A stretch of 64,000 nt of DNA from Tubulanus polymorphus (Eukaryota > Animalia > Nemertea): positions 1 through 64,000 of the forward strand of contig NW_027437474.1 of NCBI RefSeq assembly GCF_964204645.1. Reading direction: 5' to 3'. Below the pieces are notes generated by a model. That model was not told where the DNA came from. It saw only the letters and a list, made by a program, of their open reading frames with translations, and did not search any database. The number at the start of each line of letters is the position of its first letter. Within the stretch, counting starts at the first letter, position 1. This document shows positions 12,727-25,015 of the stretch, in pieces. A program made the position numbers and the translations under genes.

Positions 12727-14274
12727 ATGAGGCGGAGGTGGTTCTTGTTGATATTGCTGGTTTGCGGTTTTTTGTTAGTCGTGCAACTGAACTACATAAA
12801 CTGGCAGGGATTCGACCGCATCTTTACCAGCGAAAATAGTAGCCGTCCCCGTGAGCGCTTTCCGCCAAGCAGAGGTGATCGGACAGCCGTCGACCCACGG
12901 CCGCATTTCGAAGCTGAAATCTCGAAAGGAGGATCCGCGTTAAGCGCGATAGATCGCTACAAGGACGGTCTTTATTTCGACGAAACGGGTGCCTTTTCGG
13001 GGGACAGCCCCCGAGTGGGAATTGATAACGCTAAACGGAATAAAGAAGGTCGCAAAGCGGTTCGATTCTTCCCGGTCGATAACGACGACGACAGCAGCGC
13101 CGTACGGAATAAAAGCAATCGCCGAGTCGAGCAGAACTATACTCGTCAAAAACTATCAGTCGTCGGTGCGAAACTCGAGGATAATTTCCGACCGCTCAAG
13201 GTGGCTCTGCCAGTTCGCAACGCGTCCGAAGTCGTACGTGTACCGGTAGTCTACTCGGACGACGACGTCAAGCTAATAATGGCGCAGCGTCGCGCCGGAG
13301 TGCGCCGCGGCTGCGCGCCCGTGCCGAAAATCATCCATCAGACCTGGGTCGGCTACCAAATACCGGATAAAATGGCCGAATCGGTGCGTTCGTGGTCGCG
13401 CGTGCATCCCGATTGGGAGTACTGGTTTTGGACGGACGAACTGGCCAACCGCTTCGTAAACAAGCGCTACCCGAAGTTCGCGAACTTGTTCCGACGCTAT
13501 CGCCTGGGAATCATGCGCGCCGACGCGATACGCTATTTCATCTTGTACGAGTTCGGCGGCCTGTACGCCGATCTGGACATGAAGGCGTTGCGCAGTTTCG
13601 ACGAGTTGAGGTCGACGCACGCGGCGCTGATACCCGAAGACCACGCCGGGCATCGGTTCCTCTACTGGAAGATGGAACACATCGCCCTGAACGCCTTGAT
13701 GATGTCCGTGCCGCGGCACCCGTTCTTTAAACTCGTTCTCGAACGCTTGGCGCGCGTCGACGCGCAAACCGGTCCGTTTGACACCCTCCGGAAAACCGGG
13801 CCGTTCATGTTGGACGGGGTACAGGCGAAATTCGCCGGTCGAAGTGACGAAACGCGAGCCGTTACTACGCCCATGTGCGATGCGTTGTACCGCCCGCAAC
13901 ATTACCGCTTCGTCCCGACGTACCACTCCGGCGATTACCGCAAGGATTTCCTCAAAATATGCGGCGTATTGCTGGCCGATCGCAATCGGTATCTTCGCGA
14001 ACGCGGCGGTGAGAACCGAGTGCGCACGTGCGAGGAACTGCGTCGCGTGAACTTCTCCAACTCGGATCCGTCGCTGTTCGCAACGGCCTACACCGTGCAC
14101 GGATTCGAGCATTTGCACCTGAAAAGGCAGGCGTTACTGCGCAACGGTACTAGCGATATCGGCCTGCTCGTCCGGCGCGAATCCTACCGCGACGTCGGGC
14201 GCGTTATCGAGCAGCTGGATGGCGCCGACGACACCGTCGAGCCGTTGCCAGCCCGCGAGCCGATGAGGCGATGA
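12727..14274 (+). CDS. Type II membrane glycosyltransferase, family GT32 (DXD sugar-binding; OCH1/SUR1-MIPC-synthase-like), single coding exon, 515 aa
   Basis: ATG at 12727 follows an acceptor-like TTTCAG (~12686). MRRRW plus a hydrophobic signal anchor, then VPKIIHQTW, RADAIRYFILYEFGGLYADLD, HPFF and TGP motifs. GC-rich open frame. Confidence 0.9.
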   Translation: MRRRWFLLILLVCGFLLVVQLNYINWQGFDRIFTSENSSRPRERFPPSRGDRTAVDPRPHFEAEISKGGSALSAIDRYKDGLYFDETGAFSGDSPRVGIDNAKRNKEGRKAVRFFPVDNDDDSSAVRNKSNRRVEQNYTRQKLSVVGAKLEDNFRPLKVALPVRNASEVVRVPVVYSDDDVKLIMAQRRAGVRRGCAPVPKIIHQTWVGYQIPDKMAESVRSWSRVHPDWEYWFWTDELANRFVNKRYPKFANLFRRYRLGIMRADAIRYFILYEFGGLYADLDMKALRSFDELRSTHAALIPEDHAGHRFLYWKMEHIALNALMMSVPRHPFFKLVLERLARVDAQTGPFDTLRKTGPFMLDGVQAKFAGRSDETRAVTTPMCDALYRPQHYRFVPTYHSGDYRKDFLKICGVLLADRNRYLRERGGENRVRTCEELRRVNFSNSDPSLFATAYTVHGFEHLHLKRQALLRNGTSDIGLLVRRESYRDVGRVIEQLDGADDTVEPLPAREPMRR

Positions 14275-14431
14275 CGCTGAGCGCCTATATGTTCATCATC
14301 GGTATGGTCGGCTCGGTTGTGGTGATACCGTTCGTTTTTATTGGTTGCGTTCTGTGTCTCAATTTCGACGAAGAGGAAGAATACTGTCAGCGGATGATTT
14401 ATTCTAGATAATGCAAGCGTCTTTATCTGCT

Positions 14432-14650
14432 GGGAATTTGAATCAGGTGACGTCGTAAGACTCTATCGCATTGATGGGATTCGAACTTGATGGCGTCGTG
14501 AGACTCTGCCACGCTCCTTCCTGTCTAAAAATCGTGAGACCCTGTCACGTTACTCCCTCGCAGGGATTCGAACCTGATGACATCGCTAAACTCTGCCACT
14601 TTCCTCCCAGGCAGGGTTTCGAAGCTGATGGCATCACAAGACTCTGCCAT
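14432..14650 (-). repeat. Tandem array of B-box-containing units related to the 5.8-6.1 kb tRNA-derived element
   Basis: GGGATTCGAACCTGATG...ACTCTGCCAC-like units at 14432, 14476, 14563 and 14614. Confidence 0.6.
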
Positions 14651-15649
14651 GTTCTTTCAACGCTAGTCTATCAAATGGCCTTCTAATCGAGCCTTGTAAA
14701 GTGCCATAATCATATATATCATACTAATTCTAGGAAATTAACTACAATTCATTTAGATGTTCCTTTGCAAACATTGTCCATATAATAACTCCACAAAAAT
14801 GCCATGTGATTGTATTTACACGTATTTTTACGATCATTGATATTTTATAAGTACATAGTGTAATGAAGTTTACATCTACAATAATAAATCTAGTCATCCG
14901 CTAAGATATGTCGGGCAATTTCTCGCATAATGATACCTATATATTTTGTCGTATTCGTATTATAGACCTTATAAGGTTTAACGTGAAAAACATCCAGGTT
15001 TCTCGGGAGACTGTAATCAGGGGTTGACACGCACGGGATACTCCGACCTTGCCCTTCGTTGTATATATATCACGTTGCGTATGATATAACGTAAGCTGAG
15101 TGCGTTATTTTTTTGCGAGTCGATACTATCGACGATCGATAACGCGCGTCTGCAAGTGGCCACACGACGTGCAACACTCCCAGAGCCTACCTCCACTTTT
15201 CAATCGAATACGACGCTTTGAATATGCCATGTATCACTTATTATCACGGCTTGTAATTGCTGCATTGTGTATTCGTTCGGGAGTTGTGAAATGTATATCG
15301 TCGCACCGGAGAAAAAGCTTTGAGCGATGACGAGTCCGATTTAAGTGATATACCGTCATTACCTGACCGTTTCGTAAATGAAGCGTCGCATTTTATGAAA
15401 CGTAGTTCAGATGACCAATTGCGTTCAAGTTAAGAAATGATGTCCAAGAGAATAGTACATGTAGATCAAATGTATCTATAGATATTTCTCTGCCTGACAA
15501 GGGATCTCCGTTTCAAACTCTGCAATTTAAAAAAATGAGGTAGACACCTGTATGGTGAATACCAGTGGTCAGTATAGAAAAAATCATTGATATCAGTTGT
15601 CGAATGTTAAGTCCATTTCTGATCACTATCTCGCAAAAGGTAGAAGCTG

Positions 15650-16160
15650 AGGTTCTTTGTCAACTTCTCAGGAAAGTTATCAGTCTGAAGATGCAAATTC
15701 TGATTCTTTTCTCTCTCGGGGTGATCGTAGTATTGATTTGAATGATATTGTAACAAGTCCAAATATCCCGCAATCATTCGCGAATTCATTTAATTCATGT
15801 AGCAAACCTATAATGGCCCAATATACCAACCACTTCTACAGAAGTCGATTCATAAAATTCTCCACGTTTTACCAATGGCATTGATTTTGATAAAATAACT
15901 TTTCTTGAAATTGCTATGAGAAGTAAAGGTTCAATGACATCATTTGCAGGGAAGCTTTGTCATGAAATATTTTCCGCTGATGAAACAATGGGGAAAAATG
16001 ACTAAAAAGGCTAAACTGGATCCACGGAAGATTTCTCTTATTAAAGAGCAAACGTTTAACTAGTTCCCTTGTACTCCAACCGAAAGGGAAAATAATCTGG
16101 CAAAGGGATATTGTAAAAGCTATCGACACTGTCAATATAAATCGTTTATATAAGGCTTGG
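15650..16160 (+). pseudogene. BEN-domain protein pseudogene (probably transposon-associated)
   Basis: Joined across frameshifts and a stop: SKGSMTSFAGKLCHEIFSADE..KAKLDPRKISLIKEQTFN*FP..IIWQRDIVKAIDTVN, matching the BEN helix pattern (FA..L...LF, LDP.K...I, W.....AID). Confidence 0.5.
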
Positions 16161-17177
16161 AGAAGATTTGTTTCTTTCAAGTAGTGCATTTTGTTGTATA
16201 ATACATTATACTCTGCCCAATTCAAAATTCTCTATATTTTAACTCAATTTGGATGGTGCCCATGCTCTACAGTTTCGCAGTTAAATGTATCACGTTTCAT
16301 GGTTTGTGTTATTATTCCCAATAAATGTTATATTTTATCCGCCAAGAAAGGCAATAAATATGGTGGTTGATTCGGGCCATAATAGAAAAAAGTGTGGCAT
16401 TAGAACACATTTTAATTTTCACGCCATATATTTCAATGTGGTGAAAAATGATTTTCAAGTCAATATGACAAAAATTAAAAACGCATATTTCTTCCCTACA
16501 TGACCGTAATCAATCATCATGAGTTTATTTTTCAAAATTTTTATTGGGGTATTTTGCCTGTGCTTTAAAAAATGTCTTAATTCATTTGGTATTTCATATG
16601 CTCATTGAATATAGATTATAAGCATCGAGTTTGGTGCTCAATATCCCATGATTTGGGATTGTGTTCAAGTTTGAATAAAGAGTTCTAATTTCAATTTTGG
16701 TGTTTGATTTTTATTTGGTTCATATGACGAATGTTGCTCAGGAGAGAGTTCAAGCAAATCTCGAATCCCCAGTTCAACATTTTAAGTATCCCCGAATGAA
16801 ATTGGTCCCCATATCTACCCCCATGGTCATTCAATTTAGACGAATTCATGGTAAACCCCTAAAAAACCCCTTTTAATAAAAACACAACCAGGACCCCTTC
16901 TTGTGTGACTAGCCCCAACTGAAGCACTGAGCCGGAGACTCTTTCACCTGGACTCTGTTTTACATTGAAAATTCATTGGTCTACTGCTTGCTGTACTTGA
17001 TAGAATAGACTTCATCTATAGGACCAGTGTAGTCAAATATTGGTATAGATTTTCAGGTTTTTCCACGCCACACTGACAAACAGCAGGGACAGAAAATATT
17101 TTTTATCGGTTTGAATGGAAGCTCACTATAACCTACAACGTTTATATGACTACAATTTCTCATTTCATAGTAGTACC

Positions 17178-17310
17178 AGCTACCCACCTACCAACCTCCC
17201 TACCTGTACACCTACATACCTGCCTGCCTGCCTGCCTTCCTGTCTGCCTGCCTGCCTGCCTGCCTACCTACCTACCTACCTACCTACCTACCTACCCACC
17301 TACATACCTC
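17178..17310 (+). repeat. Compound (CCTA)n/(CCTG)n microsatellite
   Basis: Directly visible tetranucleotide runs. Confidence 0.95.
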
Positions 17311-17359
17311 CGTATCGATAAGTTATAAGAATCTGATTGAAATACTTTCCTTTTTACAG

Positions 17360-18326
17360 ACGATCACAAATAAAAACGTGTTTATGGCTACACAAAGTCC
17401 ATTGGCAGATACAATTACTGATTTCTGGCAAATGATCTTTGACTTTAACTGTGAACTTATTGTAATGATGCATCAAGAATATCCACAAGATCCGGTAAGG
17501 TGTATTCCTAGTCTAGCACTGCCTTGTGTTGGTCTGCTTAATAGGTATCTTTTTCCAGAATACATCTTCTGATTTCAGACATATGCAAACTATTGTCCTG
17601 CAGCTGGAAGCATCAAATTCGGTCCTTTTACGATCACTGTGGATGAGGTTTCATTGCCCTGTAAGACCATTGTTCGCCGGGATTTGATCCTCCAAAAACG
17701 GAATGTACGTTGAGTTTATTCGGTATCATCCATTCAAAGATAGGTGGCTGTTTTTTTTCGGAATTTCCTTCGACATTGCTATTTACTATGACCTGATCAG
17801 ATCAATTGTATTTCTTTGATGTCGCAGGAATCGCGTCAGATTCGTCAGATCCAGTTTTTAGGATGGCCTGAGGATGCGTCAGTTCCTGACGTACAATATC
17901 TATTCGAGTTTGTGAAGTTAGTTACAAGAGAACACGTCACCAGTCCTATTGTTGTACATTGCATGTTCGTATCTTAGTAACATCAGTCAATTATTCAAAA
18001 CAACATCACATATTCTAAAGATTATGCAAATTTTACAGGGACAGCGCAACTAGAACTGGACTATTTTGTGCGGCATTTGAACTGATCACCGAGACGCCAT
18101 CTAACGAACAAATCGATATTTATCACTGTATACAAAAACTACGAATGACTCGACCTCAATTCATTCCAAATTTGGTAAGAAATTAATCGATTTTCTTTGT
18201 ATTTTCACGAGTAATGTTATTGATGTATTTTTCTTGTTTTCGTGTTTATAGGAACAATACAAGTTTCTGCATGATCTGATGATATTCTATTTACAAGGAT
18301 TCGACACTTATGCGAACCTTAGTTAG
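17360..18326 (+). pseudogene. Last five exons of a receptor protein-tyrosine phosphatase (D2 domain); orphan 3' copy
   Basis: GT-AG exons ~17360-17494 (FMATQSPLADTITDFWQMI), ~17579-17704, ~17828-17964 (QFLGWPE..PIVVHCM), ~18039-18174 (DSATRTGLFC..RPQFIPNL) and ~18252-18326 (EQYKFL..DTYANLS*). Frames are intact, but no upstream exons were found before 17360. Confidence 0.75.
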
Positions 18327-21039
18327 AATTATGACTGGAAATGCTGAAGAAAAGCAAACAATCAAAAAAGGGAATCTGAGAAACGGCACCTGAACTGCTA
18401 CTTTACCCATGGCATTAACCGAGTAATGGCGCCACTAGCTGGAACATGAAGTAACGATTAACTTACTTAATCATATAATCATATACTTAATCTTTTCAGA
18501 TTGTTTTATTCAAAATATTGCTTGAACTCTTGGACATAAAGATTAACGTAGCTTACGTATTTAGCAACGTTAGGTCTACTCCAGAAACTGTCCGGTTTTA
18601 TTGTGTTTATGTTTGCGATTACTTTTTTGTTCATGAATATATATTCAGATATAATTTATATATCTATTTGATTATGTATCTATAAAACTGAGTGTTATAA
18701 TATGTTATAATTTCAAGGTAAATAAAGATTATTATATTAGATAATTATCATTAGAAATAGATTATAAAGATGATTTATGTATATATCACTGTAAATTAGA
18801 TATTCTTAATTAATCTAAACACTCATGATTTATTTGTAATCACCCCGTTCACGTCGTGTATTATCCACTTCCTTCCCTCACTGTTATCCACCTATCCACC
18901 TACTATATATATACACTAATAAAAGTGAAAGCTCGTAATTTCTAGTATAAAATCAAGATAACTACTGACAGCAAGTTACCGTAGAATAATTCATAATGAC
19001 AATGTAATTGTAGCGTGATTATCAATTCAGTCACTCTTAATTAATAATCTTTAATTAATCTAATTACACATAATTTACATCCGGTAAAGTTCCTAACTAT
19101 ACATATATTACACTAGTAGCTAAAACACGTAATTTCTAGTATAAAATCAGGTTAACTACTGACAGTAAGTTGTTACCCGTCGTCACGTTTATTGATTATA
19201 CTCACAGTCCATACATGAATATAACTGATTATTTTACATTCACGATGAACTCGAATATTGTACATAATCTAGATTAAAATATGTAGATTTTTACAGATTT
19301 GCATTTGATGTTTATTTTTGCACTTAATGTTTTTATTTTGTCTTGTTTTAGAAAAGAAGATTCATTTCCGGAAATACATTCGGTGCTTTCTGTTTTGTTG
19401 TTTTGTTTGTTTTGTTCTTGATTTGTTTTACAAAAGGAAAGTCTTTCATGAACTCATAGATATACTTTAGAAATAGTTAACCAAAAAGTCTTCTTTTTCT
19501 GAAGTTGAACAAAAGACACGATTAGGCATTTTTTAATATTCAACAATATGATTCATGTGATAAACATTGTTAACAATGAATTTAGTTTATTAGGAATGGA
19601 GTCTTCTTTTGTGGTTGCATCAACAAAAAATAATCACGGCGATTATAAAGCATGTAATGACCTACAATTCTTGGGGTCAGTTGGTTGGAGTTAATCAGTG
19701 GATAGTTAACATATCTTTTACCAACTTTTGAGCATTTGTGGCTCATTACATGCTTTAGAGTATTGTGGTGTTTTTTGTTGATTATTTATTGTCTGAATAT
19801 CCAACAGGTCGAGTTATGACTATATTCTTATATCGTACTACGTGTATTTACAAAGATTTACAGCGCGTTTTACAAAATAAAATATCACGAATCAAAAACT
19901 TGCGAATGTAAATAATTTCTAAACGACATAAAAATCATTCAAATGGGTGTCTGTACTTGATAATGCAAGGTTTCTCATCTTGTTGACTGTAATAAGAGTA
20001 ACGAACCGCACACTTTTAACGCGTCCAATGTTCATTTTCCCATTTTAATTTTTTCCAAAATTTTCTTCGTAATACAACATATCTATCAATTTGAAAAGTG
20101 GAAATTGTCGCAGAGTTTTTCAATGACACGTCTTCCTTTGAACGACGAAGTTTTGTTTTCTGTTTCAAACATATAATACGTAAATCGCAATTTACTTCCT
20201 GGTAGACCGGTAGACGACGTTTTCGCGGATTTCACAGATGCGACACATATATTCATTTAACACCGTGCACCTTTTATATTGTCAGTTATATAATACACTT
20301 CTGAATAGAAAGACGTTTTTTTTTAAAACTCATGTGACAGAACGTTCAAGTATTATACACAAGAAAGCAGTTTGCTTGTACACTGTAACATCGTTTTGCG
20401 GCGTTAAAATCTACTTTCTTAAGGTTTATTTTCGCTCTGCTATTGTTTTTATTTGCGTAACGAAGGTCACGAATCTCCATCGCTAAAGGTAAGAAAAACA
20501 AATTCTATTTTTTCTTTTCGTTTTTTATTATTTTTATACAATTCACTATAGTTAGTCTAATATAGAATATTTATACTTTGTTTCTCCTAATCGGCTGAGG
20601 GTCACTTTCGTAAAATATGATAAGATTTTTAATCAGTTCATTTCTATAACTGTCGGTTCTGTTATTGTTAGATCGATCATGATTTAAAAAAAACAAACAG
20701 TCATGTACAGGGTAGATAGATGGTCAACTTTTAAGCTCAGCAGAAATGAGAGAAACAAGGTATCAATTTTTGTAGCCTAAATGCGAACCTTTATGGATAG
20801 ATCTTTATTGAAAGGAGGGGTATAGACCTCAGACTCTAGTAAATTAACTATTGGGTTACGCTCAGCAGAAATGAGAAACAAGGTATGAATTTTTTTAGCC
20901 TAGTTAGGCTAATATAGAATATTTATACTTTCTTTCTTCTAATCGGCTGTGGGTCACTTTCGTAAAATATGATAAAATTTGTAATCAGTTCATTTCTATA
21001 ACTGTCGGGTCTGTTATTGTTAGATTGATCGTGATTCCG

Positions 21040-22520
21040 TTTGGAAATTCAGTCAGTACAATGAATTCGGGTGCAAATGAAAATAGATATCACTACTGAC
21101 ATAGATTTGCTTTCTAAGAAATGTTTGCTGTTTCCTTAATTTGAATAGACACTACAGACACGTGTTTATGGAAACAAATGCAAAGTTTTTAATGTGAATT
21201 AAAGTGAAAAATCACTTGTTACTTACACAGAACATTAATGGTAATACTCCCGGTAACCGTTCCTGCAGTATTCGATACTATACATGTATAAAAACCTGAA
21301 TCGGTTCTACTGATTCCTGTAAATCTGGGTCTATTATGAGACTGTCCTGATAGATTGACACCAGTCCATTTATACGTCAGTCCTGTAGGTCAAGACGGTG
21401 AACCGTCACATGTAATTGTTAACGGTAAATTCTCCTGTACTGTGACGATGTTGTCGATGGAGGTGATTGGTTGAGATGTTAGAACCGGTCCACTAGGGGG
21501 CGCTGCAAACATACAGAAAAAAGAGAGAAGGGATGGTACGTTTTCTAATACGCTTAAATACTAGATTCGTTTATTGATTTTTGATTTTTAATCAACCATT
21601 TACTTGAAAACGAATCATTCTGATACAATGGATGGATGTACTGTGAGGAGTGGCACGTTTCACCATCTTGATAGATAACACTTCAAAGCATACAAGATTG
21701 ATTCGTGAAATCTTCGAACTCACGTTGATTGAAAAGTAGCTCAGATGAGGGGGTGAATACAATCTTACAAGCTTTTTTTCTTAATCAGTGATTACGATAA
21801 GAGAAATGGAATACAGTCAACCCCCGATATACTGCGCTCACATCGGTGCTGAACGATTTTGGCGGTATAGAGAGTACGGCGGTATATCGGGGGTGTTTTG
21901 CTATGTTTTTGTTTAGAGATGTACAAAACTGGCGGTAGGCGGGGTGGGCTGTATATGGGAGGGCGGTATATCGGGGGTTGACTGTAGTTCATTCATCTAT
22001 TTGTACGTCATTCTCACCTAATACAGTTATAACTGTTCCACTATGTCGGAAAGAGTTCATGTAGTTAACATGAATATCTTACAGAATCAGTCATCTGAAC
22101 ATTGGTGATACGTATACCATAACGTCCAGCTGTGACGTCACATTGTCCGGATCAATATTCCACGGGGACAGTTCATCTTATCAAACGCAAACTGTTGCGA
22201 AGGCGTACTCATTGTTATTCTGAAACCGCAGAAATGTGTCCTGGGTGGCGAAACGTGACATTTTACGACAGTGGTTCCAACTAGTTTTACAACTGTTCGT
22301 GTTCCGACTGTTGTAATTAACGTATCTGCTGCGTCTATACAGTGCTGCTGCTGTCCTAGAAAAAATTAACAAAATTACCAATTTACAAGTGGAAATTCGA
22401 AGATAGCCGTTTCCCATTTCCCAAACGATATTACGAAAAACTGTAGACAATTTCGTTTACCGTTTATTCCTGTGCACTGCGTCATTAGGACCAACACCAA
22501 CATCATTGGCAAACACTTCT
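21040..22520 (-). pseudogene. 5' part of an Ig-superfamily cell-surface protein gene (signal peptide + Ig exons), disabled
   Basis: Signal exon ..MMLVLVLMTQCTGIN|GT (~22461); V-type exon ~22018-22356 (frameshifted, YGIRITNVQMTDSVRYSC); C2-type exon 21227-21502 (LTITCDGSPS*PTGLTYKW..DSGFYTCIVSNTAG) with an in-frame stop; phase-1 introns. Confidence 0.7.
21814..21984. mobile_element. Tc1/mariner (pogo/Tigger-like) MITE in an intron
   Basis: TIR CAGTCAACCCCCGATATAC / GTATATCGGGGGTTGACTG with TA on both sides. Confidence 0.9.
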
Positions 22521-24749
22521 GTAATGAAGATAAACACTGATTTAGAATATATCGCATGTACCGCTGTGAGTGGGCAAGACGTTTGATATTCTAGTCCGTT
22601 TTGTAAACGGTTAAACTGCGATCGAGATTTCGAGATTATGAGCATACAGAATTAAATCTGTAGCACGACCCGGCTTCGAGATTATATTAACTAAACGCAC
22701 GTATCAGTATAGTGGTCTGCCACAGTCACTTAAACCAATGAAAACTGAATTCAGAGTCTGAATCGACCCACAAAATGTAGGTGCTAATCCTTACCTTCCT
22801 ATACATATTGTATACGATTGCTTCTCATAGAACCTCACAAAGCTTTAATAGAAATAGTATACATACAAATATCATGGATGATAACAAAGTGATATCCAGG
22901 GGCTAATAGTGGTCAGTTAAGGATCGTTAACGGGGGAAAACGAACCCATTGGTCATATGTATTCATTATGATGAAATACTGTACCTTCGATTCTATGATA
23001 GCCTACCAGACAAGCTTTTCAGTAACTTCAACAATTGAAAAAATCACGGTTCAACCGAATAAACCTTAATTTACACTGGCTAAAAATTCATACCTTGTTT
23101 CTCATTTCTGCTGAGCTTAACCCAATAGTTAATTTACTAGAGTCTGAGGTCTATACCCCTCCTTTCAATAAAGATTTATCCATAAGGCTAAACAAAAATG
23201 ATACCTTGTTTCTTCGCAGCGGCCGGGTCATTTTTGTAAAATATGATAAAATTTATAAACAGTTCATTTCTATAGCGGCCGGGTCTGTTATGGTTAAATT
23301 GATCAAGATTTAAAAAAAAAGTAATGTATAGGGTAGATAGGCAGCAGAGCGGAGAAACAAGGTATCAATTTTTTTAGCCTAAAGGTTCGCATATAGGCTA
23401 CAAAAATTGATACATTGTTTCTTTCATTTTTGCTGAGCTTAAAAGTTGACCGTCTATCTACCCTGTACATGATTGTTTTTTTTTTATCTTTAAATCACGA
23501 TCAATCTAACAATAACAGACCCGTCAGTTATAGAAATGAACTGATTACAAATGTTATCAAATTTTACGTAAGTGACCCTCAGCCGATTAGGAGAAACAAA
23601 GTAAAATATTCTATATTACCCTAACTATAGTGAATTGTATAAACATAAAAAAAAAATGAAAACAAAAGAATAGAATGTGTTTTTCTTACCTTTAGCGATG
23701 GAGATACGCGACCTTCGTTACGCAGATAAAAACAATTGCAGAGCGAAAATAAACCTTAAGAAAGTAGATTTTAACGCCGCAAAACGATGTTACAATGTAC
23801 AAGCAAACTGCTTTCATATGTATAATACTTGAATGTTCTGTCACATGAGTTTTAAAAAAACCTCTTTTTATTCAGGAGTGTATTATATAACTGACAATAT
23901 AAATGGTGCACGGTGTTAAATTAATATATGTGTCGCATCTGTGAAATCTGCGAAAACGTCGTCTACCGGTCTACCAGGAAGTAATTTGCGATTTACGTAT
24001 TATATGTTTGAAAAAAAATTAAAACTTCGCCGTTCAAAGGAATACGTGTCTGAACGGCGATCAGTGAAAAACTCTGCGACAACTTCCACTTCCACAAAAT
24101 GATAGGTATGTTTTATTACGAAGAAAATTTTGGAAAAAAATTAGAATGGGAAAATCAACATTGGAGGCGTCGAACGTGTGCGGTTCGTTACTCTTATTAC
24201 AGTCAACAAGATGAGAAACCTACAGACACCCATTTGAAATGATGAATGTCTGAATGATTTTTATATCGTTTAGAAATTATTTTCATTCGGAAGTTTTTGA
24301 TCCGTGGTGCTTTATTTTGTAAAACGCGCTCTTAATATTTTTAAATACATGTAGTACGATAAAGGAATAGAATGTCTTAACTTGACAACAAAAAATCACC
24401 ACAATATTCTAAAGCATGTAATCAGCCACAAATGCTCAAAAGTTGGTCAAAGATATGTTAACTATCCACTGAATTACTCCAACCAAGTGACCCCCGGAAT
24501 CGTATGTCATTACATGTTTCATAATCGCCGTGATTTTTTATTGATCCAACCACAAAAGAAGACTCCATTCCTAATAAACCAAAATCATTGTTAACAAGGT
24601 TTATCATATGACTCATATTGTTGAAAATTCAAAAATCGCTAAACGTGTCTTTTGTTCAACATCAGAAAAAGAAGACTTTTTGGTAAACTATTTCTAAAGT
24701 AAATCTATGAGTTCATGAAAGACTTTCCTTTTGTAAAACAAATCAAGAA

Positions 24750-24781
<32 letters not shown>

Positions 24782-25015
24782 GAAAGCACCGGATGTATTT
24801 CCGGAAATGAATCTTCTTTTGTAAAACAAGACAAAAATAAAAACATTAAGTGCAAAAATAAACATCAAATGCAAATCTGTAAAAATCTACATATTTTATT
24901 CTAGATTATGTACAATATTCGAGTTCATTATGAAAGTAAAATAATCATTTATATTCATGTAAACGAGTCCGACGCGATTCCTGTGAAATATAACATATAC
25001 TGTTTACAGTAACAA

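Larger units (their letters stand above)
19213..24961. repeat. Long inverted repeat: arms ~19213-20900 and ~23078-24961
   Basis: Continuous reverse-complement similarity, e.g. 19213 ACATGAATATAACTGATTATTTTAC vs the 24961 end, and 20790-20900 vs 23078-23190. Small internal duplications are present. Confidence 0.9.

Noticed and set aside
13273-14118. 281-aa antisense ORF and other overlapping ORFs in the GT32 gene
   Set aside because: Shadow frames of a GC-rich CDS with no recognisable motifs.
17115-17328. Pro/Thr/Leu-rich ORFs
   Set aside because: Translations of the CCTA/CCTG microsatellite.
21490-21505. Perfect CTCF-like motif CCACTAGGGGGCGC
   Set aside because: It coincides with a splice acceptor and Ala-Pro-Pro-Ser codons of the Ig exon, so coding sequence explains it.
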